From Candidatus Omnitrophota bacterium (lineage in GTDB: Bacteria; Omnitrophota; Gorgyraeia; Gorgyraeales; Gorgyraeaceae), in contig JBHPHU010000003.1 in NCBI GenBank assembly GCA_042571405.1, positions 3,838 to 67,837 on the forward strand: DNA of 64,000 nucleotides, read 5' to 3'. Made by a program: the position numbers and the translations under genes. Positions 1 through 9,400 of the stretch are shown here, one piece after another. The first letter of the stretch is position 1. Every line of letters begins with the position of its first letter. The notes below the pieces were generated by a model. That model ran no database searches, was not told the DNA's origin, and was given only the letters and a program-made list of their open reading frames with translations.

Positions 1-126
1 CTCACCCCACCTGATGTAATCACTCAATGTCTTATGGCCATACCTTTAATAGCGCTTTATGAGCTAAGCATCTTCCTTTCAAAAATTTCTAGAATTTCTT
101 CAAAAAAGCCTTGACAAGATTAGATA
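1..126 (+). CDS. tatC: C-terminal fragment of Sec-independent translocase TatC (5' end outside window)
   Basis: Frame 1 is open from nt 1 to TAA at 124-126; translation ...MAIPLIALYELSIFLSKISRISSKKP resembles the conserved TatC C-terminus (E. coli ...LAIPMYCLFELGVFFSRF...). Not in ORF track because it runs off the window edge. Confidence 0.45.
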
Positions 127-141
127 ATAATACTATACTAG
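110..141 (+). promoter_or_regulatory. sigma70-like promoter (TTGACA-17-TATACT) for the Rrf2 regulator gene; 10-bp palindrome ATACTAGTAT overlaps -10 (possible auto-operator)
   Basis: TTGACA at ~110-115, TATACT ~135-140, ATG at 149; palindrome ATACTAGTAT immediately at/after -10. Confidence 0.5.
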
Positions 142-148
142 TATCATT

Positions 149-556
149 ATGAATTTCATTTCAAGAGATACGGATTATGCTATACGGGCGCTAGTGGTTA
201 TGGCGGGACTATCTGACAAGGATATTGTAACAGTGGATGAGATTGTCAGGGAAGAGCGTTTGCCGGAGAGATTTTTAAGAAGGATATTTCAAAAACTGGC
301 AAAGAAAAAACTGCTTGTTTCGCATAAAGGGAAAAGAGGAGGTTTTTCTTTTCTGAAATCTCCAGAAAAAATACGACTGATAGATTTAATTGAAATTTTT
401 CAAGGAAAACTGGATTTTACTAATTGTCTTTTAAAAGGCAGGATTTGCCCGAACGTGAAGAAGTGTCGTTTAAGGAAAAAATTAAAAAGTATTTGCCTGT
501 CAGTAAAGAAAGAATTAGCAAAAATTACAGTAGCGTCGCTTTCAAAGGGAGAATAA
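149..556 (+). CDS. Rrf2-family transcriptional regulator (IscR/NsrR-like) with C-terminal Cys residues
   Basis: N-terminal SRDTDYAIRALVVMA wHTH signature of Rrf2 family; Cys cluster ...CLLKGRICPNVKKC...; first gene of a redox-defence cluster. Confidence 0.85.
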   Translation: MNFISRDTDYAIRALVVMAGLSDKDIVTVDEIVREERLPERFLRRIFQKLAKKKLLVSHKGKRGGFSFLKSPEKIRLIDLIEIFQGKLDFTNCLLKGRICPNVKKCRLRKKLKSICLSVKKELAKITVASLSKGE

Positions 557-559
557 CTA

Positions 560-1272
560 TGACTAAGAGAAAGATAGTAAAGATTGACGAAGAAAAATGT
601 ACTGGCTGCGGACTTTGTATACCTAATTGTGTAGAAGGCGCGCTTCAGATAGTAGACGGGAAGGCAAAACTCGTGAAAGAAATATACTGTGATGGGCTGG
701 GTGCGTGTCTTGGCCATTGTCCTGAAGAGGCAATTACTATAGAGGAAAGGGATGCTGCTGGTTTTGATGAAAAGGCGGCAAACAAACATTTAGAAGACAT
801 TAAGAAAAAAGAGAAAAAGGAATTACCATGCGGTTGTCCGGGAACAGCAGTTAAGTCATTTAAGAAACCCGAAACCCGTAACCCGTTACCCGCAACTCGA
901 AAGCATGAATCCGAACTCACAAACTGGCCCATACAACTCATGCTTGTGCCTGTAGAAGCGCCTTATTTAAAGGAAGCGGATCTGGTTATAGCTGCGGATT
1001 GTGTGGCGTTTTCATATCCTGATCTTCACCAGGATTTTTTGAGAGACAAGGTGCTTCTCATTGGTTGTCCAAAGCTTGACGCAGCAACTATCTACGAAGA
1101 AAAACTGGCAGAGCTTTTTAAATTGAATAATATAAAGAGCCTTACGGTTCTTCACATGGAGGTACCATGCTGTTTCGGTTTGATTCAGCTGGTAAAAGAA
1201 GCCTTGAGGTTGTCAGGGAAAAAGATACTCTTAAAGGAGATTACTGTAGGAATCAAAGGCGAAATAAAGTGA
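560..1272 (+). CDS. 4Fe-4S dicluster ferredoxin-domain protein with C-terminal Cys-containing domain
   Basis: ORF track starts at TTG 424 in another frame of the Rrf2 gene; first ATG (MTKRKIVKIDEEKCTGCGLCIPNCVEG...CDGLGACLGHCPEEAI) at 560 after GGGAGA RBS. Two CxxCxxC...CP motifs. Contains an embedded 7-nt repeat tract (868-897). Confidence 0.75.
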
Positions 1273-1318
1273 TATTGACCTGCCCCACTTCCGAAGTGGG
1301 GCAGGTAAGAGGATAAGC

Positions 1319-1564
1319 ATGAGTTTTTTTGACGGATGTCCTGGTTCTAAAAGAATCAAGGAGCCTTTTCCTGAGAATATCCGGTGCAGGTGCGGAAAAG
1401 AGACAGAGATATGGTCAGATGAAGCCGAGACCGCTTGCCCGCATTGCAAAAAGAAAATCTCAAGAGATATGCCGCAGTCATGCCTTGACTGGTGCAGTAT
1501 GGCAAAGGATTGTATAGGCCCGGAAAAGTTTAAAAGATATGAGAAAAGTAAGGAGAAAAAGTAG
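1319..1564 (+). CDS. small Cys-rich zinc-ribbon protein (hypothetical)
   Basis: 81 aa, CxC...CxxC motifs (CRCGKETEIW...CPHCKKK...CLDWC...DC), lysine-rich tail; RBS AGGATAAGC upstream. Confidence 0.5.
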   Translation: MSFFDGCPGSKRIKEPFPENIRCRCGKETEIWSDEAETACPHCKKKISRDMPQSCLDWCSMAKDCIGPEKFKRYEKSKEKK

Positions 1565-1566
1565 TT

Positions 1567-1587
1567 GCAATAGAGCAGACTCTATTG
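1567..1587. promoter_or_regulatory. inverted repeat TGCAATAGAG-N5-CTCTATTGTA between zinc-ribbon gene and flavin reductase gene (possible operator)
   Basis: 10-bp arms 9/10 complementary, not followed by T-run; sits 15 bp upstream of ATG 1601. Confidence 0.3.
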
Positions 1588-1600
1588 TATCTTAAATTCT

Positions 1601-2293
1601 ATGGACCCAAATGTTCTGCATAATATCGGCTATGGGATGTATATCGTCGCTTCTAATAAAGGCGATTCTTTGAATGGTCAGATTGCCAATGCTGTTATTC
1701 AGATAACGAGCGATCCTGTGACTGTCGCGGTAAGCATTAACAAGCAGAACCTTACGCATGAGTTTATAGAAAAGAGCGGCAGATTCAGCGTTTCTATATT
1801 GTCAGAAAACGCGCCGCTTAATTTTATAGGCAAATTTGGTTTTAAGTCAGGCCGGAAAGAAGATAAGTTTAAGGGGATTGAGCTCAAGAAGCTTTCTTCC
1901 GGATGCCCGGTGGTTATGGATTATTCACTTGGTTATCTTGGCGCAAAAGTAGTAAATAAGCTTGATTGTGGTACGCATACGCTTTTTTTAGGAGAGATCT
2001 TAGAATCCGAGATTCTGAAAACAGGTACTCCTATGACATATGCTTATTACCATCAGGTAAAACGCGGCACAACACCAAAAACAGCGCCCACCTTTATTAA
2101 AGGAGAAGGAGTGGCTGCGGGAGGCATTGAAATGCAGAAATATCGATGTGAAGTCTGTAATTATATCTATGACCCGGCAGTAGGTGATCCGGATAACGGA
2201 GTTCAGCCAGGCACGCCATTTGAAAAAATACCCGACACCTGGGTATGTCCAATCTGTGGCGCTACAAAAGACCAATTCGTAAAAGAGGGATAA
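1601..2293 (+). CDS. flavin reductase-like (FMN-binding split barrel) domain fused to C-terminal rubredoxin
   Basis: N-terminal ~170 aa flavin-reductase-like fold; C-terminal [47 protein letters not shown] is a canonical rubredoxin (CxxC...CPxCG). Confidence 0.8.
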   Translation: MDPNVLHNIGYGMYIVASNKGDSLNGQIANAVIQITSDPVTVAVSINKQNLTHEFIEKSGRFSVSILSENAPLNFIGKFGFKSGRKEDKFKGIELKKLSSGCPVVMDYSLGYLGAKVVNKLDCGTHTLFLGEILESEILKTGTPMTYAYYHQVKRGTTPKTAPTFIKGEGVAAGGIEMQKYRCEVCNYIYDPAVGDPDNGVQPGTPFEKIPDTWVCPICGATKDQFVKEG

Positions 2294-2412
2294 TCTTAGA
2301 GGGTGTTATGATACCAGTTGAAATTAAAAAAGGTATTTACCCCGTACGAAATTTTTAGACATTTAGCTATTAACCAATATACTATGCATAAGAGAGGAGC
2401 AGCGATTTTAAT

Positions 2413-3579
2413 ATGAGTAAAGCTGTTAAAATTTCGTCCGGGGTTTATTGGGTAGGAGCGGTTGATTGGGATTTGAGGAGTTTTCATGGCTATCTCACTC
2501 AGCGGGGGTCTACCTATAATGCCTATCTGATCATAGACAAGAAAATAACGCTCGTAGATACTGTTAAGCACTATTTTTTTGATGAGATGCTGGAAAATAT
2601 TAAAAAGATAGTGGACCCGGCAAAAATAGACTATATTATTTCAAATCACACTGAGATGGATCATTCTGGAGGATTACCAAGGATGATGGAGATAGCGAAA
2701 AACGCAACCCTTGTGTGTTCTCCTAATGGCGAAAAGGGCTTAAAAAGGCATTTTAAGAAAGACTGGAATTTTAAGGTAGTCAGTTCAGGGGATTCTATTA
2801 ATATAGGCAAACGAAATCTGAAATTTGTATGTGTTCCAATGGTACACTGGCCTGACTCGATGGTAACGTATGTTCCTGAGGAGAAGCTACTTTTGTCTAA
2901 CGACGCATTTGGCCAGCATATTGCGTCAGATGAGCGTTTTGTCGACGAACTTGAATGGGACGTTATTAAGGAAGAGGCGACAAAGTATTACGCGAATATC
3001 GTGCTTCCATATGGACTCCAGGTACAAAAGGCATTAGAGGCGGTTTCATCTCTGGATATAGACGTGATAGCGCCTAGCCATGGGTTGATCTGGCGCAAAA
3101 GACTAAAGGATATCATAGATCTTTATAAAAAATGGTCAACTAATACATGTGATAAAAAAGCAGTTATTGTGTATGATACAATGTGGCATAGCACTGAAAA
3201 AATGGCGCATGTTATAGAAAGCGTCTTTAAGGAAAAAGACATAAAATGCATAATTAAGAATCTTCAAAAAAATCACATATCGGATGTAATGACAGATATA
3301 CTGGATGCAAAATATATATGCGTTGGTTCACCTACCCTGAATAACGGCATGCTCCCTACTATTTCGGCATTTCTGACATACATGAAAGGCCTTGCGCCCA
3401 AAGATAGGGTCGGTATTTCCTTTGGTTCATATGGCTGGGGAGGCCAGAGCATTGGCGAGATAGAAAAGATTTTTGAGTCGTGTAAATTTCAACAGCCTTT
3501 AAAAGGGCTAAAAATACAATATGTACCTGATGATGGAGAATTAGAATCATTTAAACAAAAGATAGGAGGGGTAGTATGA
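2413..3579 (+). CDS. fprA: flavorubredoxin / type A flavoprotein FprA (rubredoxin:oxygen/NO oxidoreductase; metallo-beta-lactamase + flavodoxin domains)
   Basis: 388 aa; VYWVGAVDWDLRSFHGY..., HxExDH-like di-iron motif (SNHTEMDHSGG), C-terminal flavodoxin-like domain; stop overlaps next gene start (ATGA). Confidence 0.85.
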   Translation: MSKAVKISSGVYWVGAVDWDLRSFHGYLTQRGSTYNAYLIIDKKITLVDTVKHYFFDEMLENIKKIVDPAKIDYIISNHTEMDHSGGLPRMMEIAKNATLVCSPNGEKGLKRHFKKDWNFKVVSSGDSINIGKRNLKFVCVPMVHWPDSMVTYVPEEKLLLSNDAFGQHIASDERFVDELEWDVIKEEATKYYANIVLPYGLQVQKALEAVSSLDIDVIAPSHGLIWRKRLKDIIDLYKKWSTNTCDKKAVIVYDTMWHSTEKMAHVIESVFKEKDIKCIIKNLQKNHISDVMTDILDAKYICVGSPTLNNGMLPTISAFLTYMKGLAPKDRVGISFGSYGWGGQSIGEIEKIFESCKFQQPLKGLKIQYVPDDGELESFKQKIGGVV

Positions 3580-4148
3580 TGTTAAAAGGATCAAAGACAG
3601 AAAAAAATCTCCTGGCATCGTTTGCAGGAGAGTCACAGGCAAGGAATCGTTACACGTATTCCGCTAGTGTTGCAAAAAAGGCAGGATATGAGCAGATAGC
3701 AGCTATATTTTTAGAAACAGCTGAAAATGAGAAAGAACATGCAAAGAGGTTTTTTAAGCTACTTCAAGGCGGAGAGGTAGAAATCCAGGCATCGTATCCC
3801 GCAGGCGTAATAGGCGATACAGCGCAGAACCTTGAGGCCTCGGCAGCTGGTGAAAATATGGAGTGGACAAAGCTTTACAAAGATGCGGAAAAGGTAGCGC
3901 GCGAAGAAGGTTTTAACGAAATAGCTGATCAGTTTAAGGAGATCGCAGAGGTTGAGGAAGAACATGAAAAAAGATACAGAAAATTACTAAAGAATATCAA
4001 AGATGGCGCTGTATTTAAAAAAGAAAAGATAGTAAAATGGAAATGTCGGAATTGCGGCTATGTGCATGAAGGCAAAGAAGCGCCTGATAAATGCCCTGCA
4101 TGCGCGCACCCGCAAGCGCATTACGAAATACTCTGTGAGAATTACTAG
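3576..4148 (+). CDS. rbr: rubrerythrin (di-iron ferritin-like domain + C-terminal rubredoxin-like domain)
   Basis: ExxH motifs (EKEHAKRF, EEEHEKRY), C-terminal CRNCGYVHEG...CPACAHP. Confidence 0.9.
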   Translation: MMLKGSKTEKNLLASFAGESQARNRYTYSASVAKKAGYEQIAAIFLETAENEKEHAKRFFKLLQGGEVEIQASYPAGVIGDTAQNLEASAAGENMEWTKLYKDAEKVAREEGFNEIADQFKEIAEVEEEHEKRYRKLLKNIKDGAVFKKEKIVKWKCRNCGYVHEGKEAPDKCPACAHPQAHYEILCENY

Positions 4149-4149
4149 T

Positions 4150-4713
4150 ATGAAAGTTTTAGGCGTAAATGGCAGCCCCAGAATAGACGGCAATACAGAT
4201 ATCCTTCTGGAGAAGGTCCTTGAAGGCGCCAGGAGCAAGGGCGCCCTGACAGAAAAAATCATTCTTAACGAACTCAAATTTTCTCCGTGTCAGGAATGCG
4301 CAAATATAAAAAATAACGGCAGCTGTATTCTTGAGGATGATATGCAGAGGCTTTATGATAAGATCAAAACCACGGATGTCCTAATAATTGCCTCTCCGAT
4401 ATTTTTTGGCAGTCTGACAGCGCAGACAAAGGCGATGATAGACCGTTTTCAATGCGCGTGGCAGGCAAAATTCGTATTAAAAAAGGATATCGGATATAAA
4501 AAGATAAAAGGGGCGTTTATTTCCGTTGAAGGCACAGACAGGAAGGATTTTTTTGACAACGCGAAGTCAATAGTCAGGAATTTATTCGCTATCATTAATG
4601 TAGATTACAAGGAAGAACTTTTTTGTCCAAAGATAGATAGCAAGGGCGCGATACAGAAACACACTGATTGTTTAGAAAAGGCATTCAAATTAGGCGCGAA
4701 AATAGTTTCTTAA
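4150..4713 (+). CDS. NAD(P)H-dependent FMN reductase / iron-sulfur flavoprotein-like (flavodoxin fold)
   Basis: ORF track begins at internal ATG 4060 inside rbr; likely start ATG 4150 (MKVLGVNGSPRIDGNTD...), typical NADPH-dependent FMN reductase N-terminus; Cys motif SPCQECANIKNNGSC as in iron-sulfur flavoproteins. Confidence 0.75.
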   Translation: MKVLGVNGSPRIDGNTDILLEKVLEGARSKGALTEKIILNELKFSPCQECANIKNNGSCILEDDMQRLYDKIKTTDVLIIASPIFFGSLTAQTKAMIDRFQCAWQAKFVLKKDIGYKKIKGAFISVEGTDRKDFFDNAKSIVRNLFAIINVDYKEELFCPKIDSKGAIQKHTDCLEKAFKLGAKIVS

Positions 4714-4718
4714 AAAGA

Positions 4719-4929
4719 AACCACAGAGGGCACAGAGAAATAATATAATTTTACTCTGTGTTCTCCAAAAAATCTTTGAAGCTCAGCTATTAACTTATCT
4801 GAAAGCTGTGGATAAAAAGATAGATTTTTATTAATTTTGATGTTTTAAGGCTTAAAGAGGGAGATAAAAAGACTAATTTTGTGAGAGCACAGAGAGATTT
4901 TATTGTAAAAACTTCTGTGTTCTCTGTGG
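4719..4929. repeat. Family-A intergenic hairpin-pair element, copy 1 (CCACAGAG[G/A]GCACAGAG...CTCTGTGTTCTC twice), second hairpin followed by TTTTTT
   Basis: Two imperfect hairpins (4719-4773 and 4881-4929) closely matching 14412-14468 and 14594-14640; second hairpin + T-run looks like a rho-independent terminator; possible flanking direct repeats TTCTTAAA(A/T)AAG. Confidence 0.7.
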
Positions 4930-4972
4930 TATCTTTTTTGACAATGCGTTCTTAAATAAGGGGAGGCGGAAG

Positions 4973-5449
4973 ATGGGGAATCTTTTTTCAGGTCCTGAAG
5001 TAGTGGAAATAGGAATACAGATTGAAAAAAATGGCAAGGCCTTTTACGACGGAGTAGCAAAAATAGCAAAAAGCCAAAAGACAAAAGAGATATTTGGATT
5101 TCTTGGGGGAGAAGAAGAGAAGCACATAGAAAGATTCGAAGGTCTACTCGCGCAGGTCAAGAAATACGAACCATCTGAGGCGTATCCAGGCGAATATTTT
5201 GCCTATCTCAGGGCATTATCAGAGGGGTATGTATTTACAAAGGCAAATAAAGGCGCTGAAATTGCAAAAGGTATAACAAGCGAGAAGGATGCGATAGACG
5301 CGGGTATTGGATTTGAAAAAGACTCGATTCTTTTTTATCATGAGATGCAAAAGTTTGTCTTAGGGGGCGAACAGAAGATTATCGATAAGCTCCTTGAAGA
5401 AGAGCAGGCCCATTTAAGAAAATTGACAGAACTAAAGGAGGCTTTATGA
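4973..5449 (+). CDS. rubrerythrin-like / ferritin-like di-iron protein
   Basis: 158 aa; two ExxH motifs (EEEKHIERF, EEEQAHLRKL) typical of erythrin/ferritin-like four-helix bundle; stop overlaps grx start. Confidence 0.6.
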   Translation: MGNLFSGPEVVEIGIQIEKNGKAFYDGVAKIAKSQKTKEIFGFLGGEEEKHIERFEGLLAQVKKYEPSEAYPGEYFAYLRALSEGYVFTKANKGAEIAKGITSEKDAIDAGIGFEKDSILFYHEMQKFVLGGEQKIIDKLLEEEQAHLRKLTELKEAL

Positions 5450-5682
5450 GTAAGAGCGTAAAGATATATTCGACTTCAACTTGCCATTACTGCCACAGGG
5501 CAAAGGATTTTCTTAAAGAGAAAAATATAGCATTTGAGAATATAGACGTAGGCGCTAATCCTGACGCTGGCAAAGAGATGATGGATAAATCAGGCCAGAT
5601 GGGCGTACCCGTCCTTGATATTGACGGCAAGATAATCGTGGGCTTTGATAAAGAGGCGATATCTGAGGCATTGGGCGCATGA
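5446..5682 (+). CDS. glutaredoxin-like protein (CxxC thioredoxin fold)
   Basis: 78 aa; KIYSTSTCHYCHRAKDFL active-site CHYC, GVPVLDIDGK motif. Confidence 0.8.
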   Translation: MSKSVKIYSTSTCHYCHRAKDFLKEKNIAFENIDVGANPDAGKEMMDKSGQMGVPVLDIDGKIIVGFDKEAISEALGA

Positions 5683-6290
5683 AAAGCCTTTTGAAGGCCT
5701 ATAAAAAGAAAAAAACAGATATACGAAACAGGTTGCAAGAGTTCCAGCGTGTATATAAAAAAGGGGATAAGGATATATTCGCCGAACTTTGTTTCTGTAT
5801 ATTGACGCCACAGGCAAAGGCAATTATCTGCGATCAGGCTATCAAGAGATTGCAGAGACATGATTTACTTTTTAATGGCTCCAGGAGAGATGTGAGGCGT
5901 TGTTTAAGAGGTGTGCGTTTTCCTAATAATAAGGCGCGGTATTTAATCGAGGCAAGGAAATGTTCAAATTTAAAGGCCAGGATTGATACAAAAGACCTTA
6001 TCAAGGTCAGGGATTGGCTCGTTGAGAATATTAAAGGTCTTGGCTATAAAGAGGCAAGCCATTTTTTAAGAAACATAGGATTTGGTCAGGACCTGGCTAT
6101 ACTCGATAGGCATATACTTAAGAATTTGAAAAGATACAAAGTCATAAAGAAAATACCGGGTTCATTGACTAGAAAAGAATACATGAAAATAGAAAACAAA
6201 ATGAGAGAGTCTTTTCAACAGTTAAATATCACACTGGAAGAGTTAGACCTCTTATTCTGGTCTAACGAAACAGGCGTGATATTTAAATAA
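5679..6290 (+). CDS. N-glycosylase/DNA lyase, Ogg2/AGOG-type 8-oxoguanine DNA glycosylase (HhH-GPD)
   Basis: 203 aa; FCILTPQAKA... and HFLRNIGFGQDLAILDRHILK helix-hairpin-helix with catalytic Lys/Asp region; co-transcribed with redox genes (ATGA overlap). Confidence 0.65.
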   Translation: MKSLLKAYKKKKTDIRNRLQEFQRVYKKGDKDIFAELCFCILTPQAKAIICDQAIKRLQRHDLLFNGSRRDVRRCLRGVRFPNNKARYLIEARKCSNLKARIDTKDLIKVRDWLVENIKGLGYKEASHFLRNIGFGQDLAILDRHILKNLKRYKVIKKIPGSLTRKEYMKIENKMRESFQQLNITLEELDLLFWSNETGVIFK

Positions 6291-6306
6291 AAAAAGGAGG
6301 TATAGC

Positions 6307-6420
6307 ATGAATATTATAGTTAGATATATGCTAAGACCTGTAGCTCACTGCAAAGAGGGCTGCTGTATCAGCCCCGTACCACTCACTATGTTCGGGTACG
6401 GGGCAAACTCCCGGGCATGA
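6307..6420 (+). CDS. candidate 37-aa Cys-rich small ORF (MNIIVRYMLRPVAHCKEGCCISPVPLTMFGYGANSRA) - doubtful, overlaps a recurrent hairpin
   Basis: Very strong RBS AAAGGAGGT 6 nt upstream of ATG 6307; below ORF-track size cut-off; but aa 22-34 are the translation of the C-family hairpin GCCCCGTACC...GGTACGGGGC (6371-6404) that recurs in non-coding regions. Confidence 0.25.
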   Translation: MNIIVRYMLRPVAHCKEGCCISPVPLTMFGYGANSRA

Positions 6421-6480
6421 GCTAAAACTGCCCACTTTTTGGCTTGCCAAATTCCTGCCTATCTGTTAAAATTACCCCAT

Positions 6481-9400
6481 ATGAAAAAGGCTGTAAAGTA
6501 TCATATAGATTCTAATAATGAATTTATTATAGAAAACTATAACCAGGCAGGGAACTTCTCTAATTTCTTGCCAGGCATAGCAGGACTATTTGGGAAGCCC
6601 ATGTGGGCATTTTATGTCAATAGAGCCCAGTGCGTGTGCAGTTTTGGCATTAAGAGTAAAGACAACCCTATCATGGAATTTTTACCTGCGAATAGGGCCT
6701 ACCAGCTCGTGTCTTCACAAGGCTTCCGAACATTTATAAAAATAAAATCTAAAAAAGAAACCACCCTATATGAACCGTTTCGCGTTAACTCTGAAGCGAC
6801 TCAAAAGATGTTCATTAGTTCTCATGAGCTAAGGCTTAAGGAAGTCAATCACGAGCTTGGTATTGAGGTGGAAGTAACTTATTTTACTATACCCGGTGAA
6901 TCATTTGCAGGTCTTGCAAGAATAGTTACATTAAAGAATATATCAAAGAAAGATTTGAAGATAGAGCTGTTGGACGGCGCGCCTCTTTTTATACCTTATG
7001 GCGTGTCAAATTTCTTCCTTCAGAAGATGAGGCGCACTGTTGAGGCATGGATGCTTGTGGAGAATTTAGCAACGCGCGCTCCGTTTTATAGGTTAAAAGT
7101 TGACCCCCGGGATGTATCTGAGACATCTTTTATAAGCGAGGGTAATTTTTACCTGAGCACCTTATCTAAGCACGGGAAAAAGCCAGAACGCTTGCCTGTC
7201 TTTGTTGATCCGGAATTGATTTTCGGAGAGATCAATGATTTTTCATACCCCGCGAATTTTGTAAATGAGCCGGGGCTCAAAGTGTCTGATTCGCAGGCAA
7301 GCCAGAATAAGCTTCCCTGTGCTATGTCTCTAGCATCGTTCAAGCTTAAAAAAGAAGGGAGTTCGACCCTTTATTCCTTAATAGGCCACATGAGCTCAAA
7401 AGAAAAGCTGAATTCCATGATATCGCGCTTGACTGACAAGCAATTTTTTATAGATAAAAGAGAAGAGAACAAGGCCATTATACAAGAACTTCAAGACGAT
7501 GTTTTTACATGCTCGGCTGAAAATAAATACGATCTTTACTGTAAACAGACATTTCTCGATAACGTACTGCGCGGCGGCTATCCGGTAAATTTCGGAAATT
7601 CCTCGCCTACATTTTATGTATACTCCAGAAAGCATGGCGACCTGGAAAGGGATTACAATAGATTCTATGTAGATCCTACTTATTTCTCGCAGGGTAACGG
7701 TAATTTCAGAGACATGAATCAAAATCGCAGGAACGACGTATTCTTTAATCCTGATGTAGGGGATTCAAATATTTTTAATTTTTATAATCTACAGCAAGCG
7801 GATGGTTTTAATCCTTTAGTCCTGCGCGGAGTAAAATTCAGAGTTAAAAATAACGTATTATTAAGAGACGCCTTTAAAGGAAAAGTAGATTTAAACTCTA
7901 TAAAAAAGATAGAATATATTTTACAGAATGATTTTTCTCCCGGAGAATTTTTCATGACCATTGAAAAGGCCGGTATTAAATTAAAGAGACCATGGCATGA
8001 ATTTCTAGACGAACTTTTAAGGAATTGCGATGCGAAATACGAAGCTACTCATGGTGAGGGATTTTGGATAGACCACTGGACGTACAATCTTGATTTGGTA
8101 GAGAGCTTCTTGTCAGTATATCCGGAGAAGTTAAAAGAGATTTTATTGGATAAAAAAGAATTTACTTTCTACGATAATTCTCATTTCGTAAAATCTCATG
8201 CGGAGAAAAGTCTCCTGGTGGGTCTAGGCAAAGTCAGGCAGTATCATTCATTGGGCCGTGATTTAAAAAAGGAACATTTGATAAAAAAGCGTCATGACGA
8301 CGCGTATGTAATGCGCTCATCTAAAGGAGAGGGAAAGATATATAAGACGACGCTTCTTGTTAAGATGTTGTGCGTTATAGTAAATAAAATCGCGTCTATA
8401 GGTCCTTGCGGCAGAGGCATTGAGATGGAGGCGGATAAGCCAGGCTGGTGCGATTCAATGAATGGCCTGCCGGGATTATTCGGCACATCTACACCCGAGG
8501 TCTTTGAGTTAAAGAGGCAGGTTGTTTTTATATTAGATTCTCTGAAAAAGTTGAGTTTAAGCCCTGGAGTGAAGATCAGGCTTTCAGGGGAAATACAAGA
8601 TTTTATGACAAATCTGGAGTTACTCATTAAGGCATCCAAGAGCAAAAAAGATTTTTATTATTGGAGCAAAGCCAATTTATTAAAGGAGAAGTACAGGAAT
8701 AAGATCAAACTCGGTTTTAGCGGCATCGAAGCTACATTTAGTATTCTAGAATTAGAAAGAATCCTCAAGTTATTCCTTTCAAAAGTAGACTCTGTCATTA
8801 AAAAGACATATATTCCGTCGCAAAATGTTTATGCTACTTATTTCGTAAATGACGTATCTAAATTCAAAAATCTTAATAAGCGGGATCCAGTCACAGAACT
8901 TCCCCTTGTAGAGCCTATGGCTTTTAAAAGCACCAGAATGCCTTTATTTTTAGAAGGAAATGTGCGAGCCATGAGGGTCGAAAAGGACATAAAGAGAAAA
9001 AAGGCGTTGTATAATGCAGTGAAAAAGACATCTCTATATGATAAGAAGCTAAACATGTATAAGCTCAACGGATCTCTGGAAGGCATATCAAAGGAAGTGG
9101 GCCGCTCCAGCGTATTTACGCCTGGGTGGTTAGAGAATGAGTCTATCTGGTTACATATGGAGTACAAATATCTTTTGGAGATTTTGCGAGCAGGCCTTTA
9201 TAAGGAATTTTTCGAGGAATTTAAGAATGTCCTTATACCATTTCAGGAACCAGATGTTTACGGAAGGAGCGTGTTCGAAAATTCATCTTTTATAGTATCA
9301 AGCGCGTTTCCTGATAAGAAGTTACACGGCAGGGGTTTTGTAGCAAGGCTCAGCGGTTCAACCGCGGAGATGATGACTATATGGCTATTGATGAATGTAG

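Noticed and set aside
424-559. ORF-track start of the ferredoxin-domain gene at 424 (and similar 5' extensions at 4060, 28297, 15716, 18854, 6439, 29385)
   Set aside because: These extended starts are TTG codons or internal ATGs lying inside the preceding gene in another frame. Downstream ATGs with RBS and sensible protein N-termini (560, 4150, 28408, 15752, 18920, 6481, 29436) were preferred.
400-941. Minus-strand ORFs 400..789 and 645..941 (and many other 60-130-aa antisense ORFs listed in the track, e.g. 2000..2275, 3759..3965, 25683..26156, 55728..56282)
   Set aside because: They lie entirely antisense to well-supported genes with clear domain signatures, have no RBS and low-complexity composition. 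They were judged non-coding.
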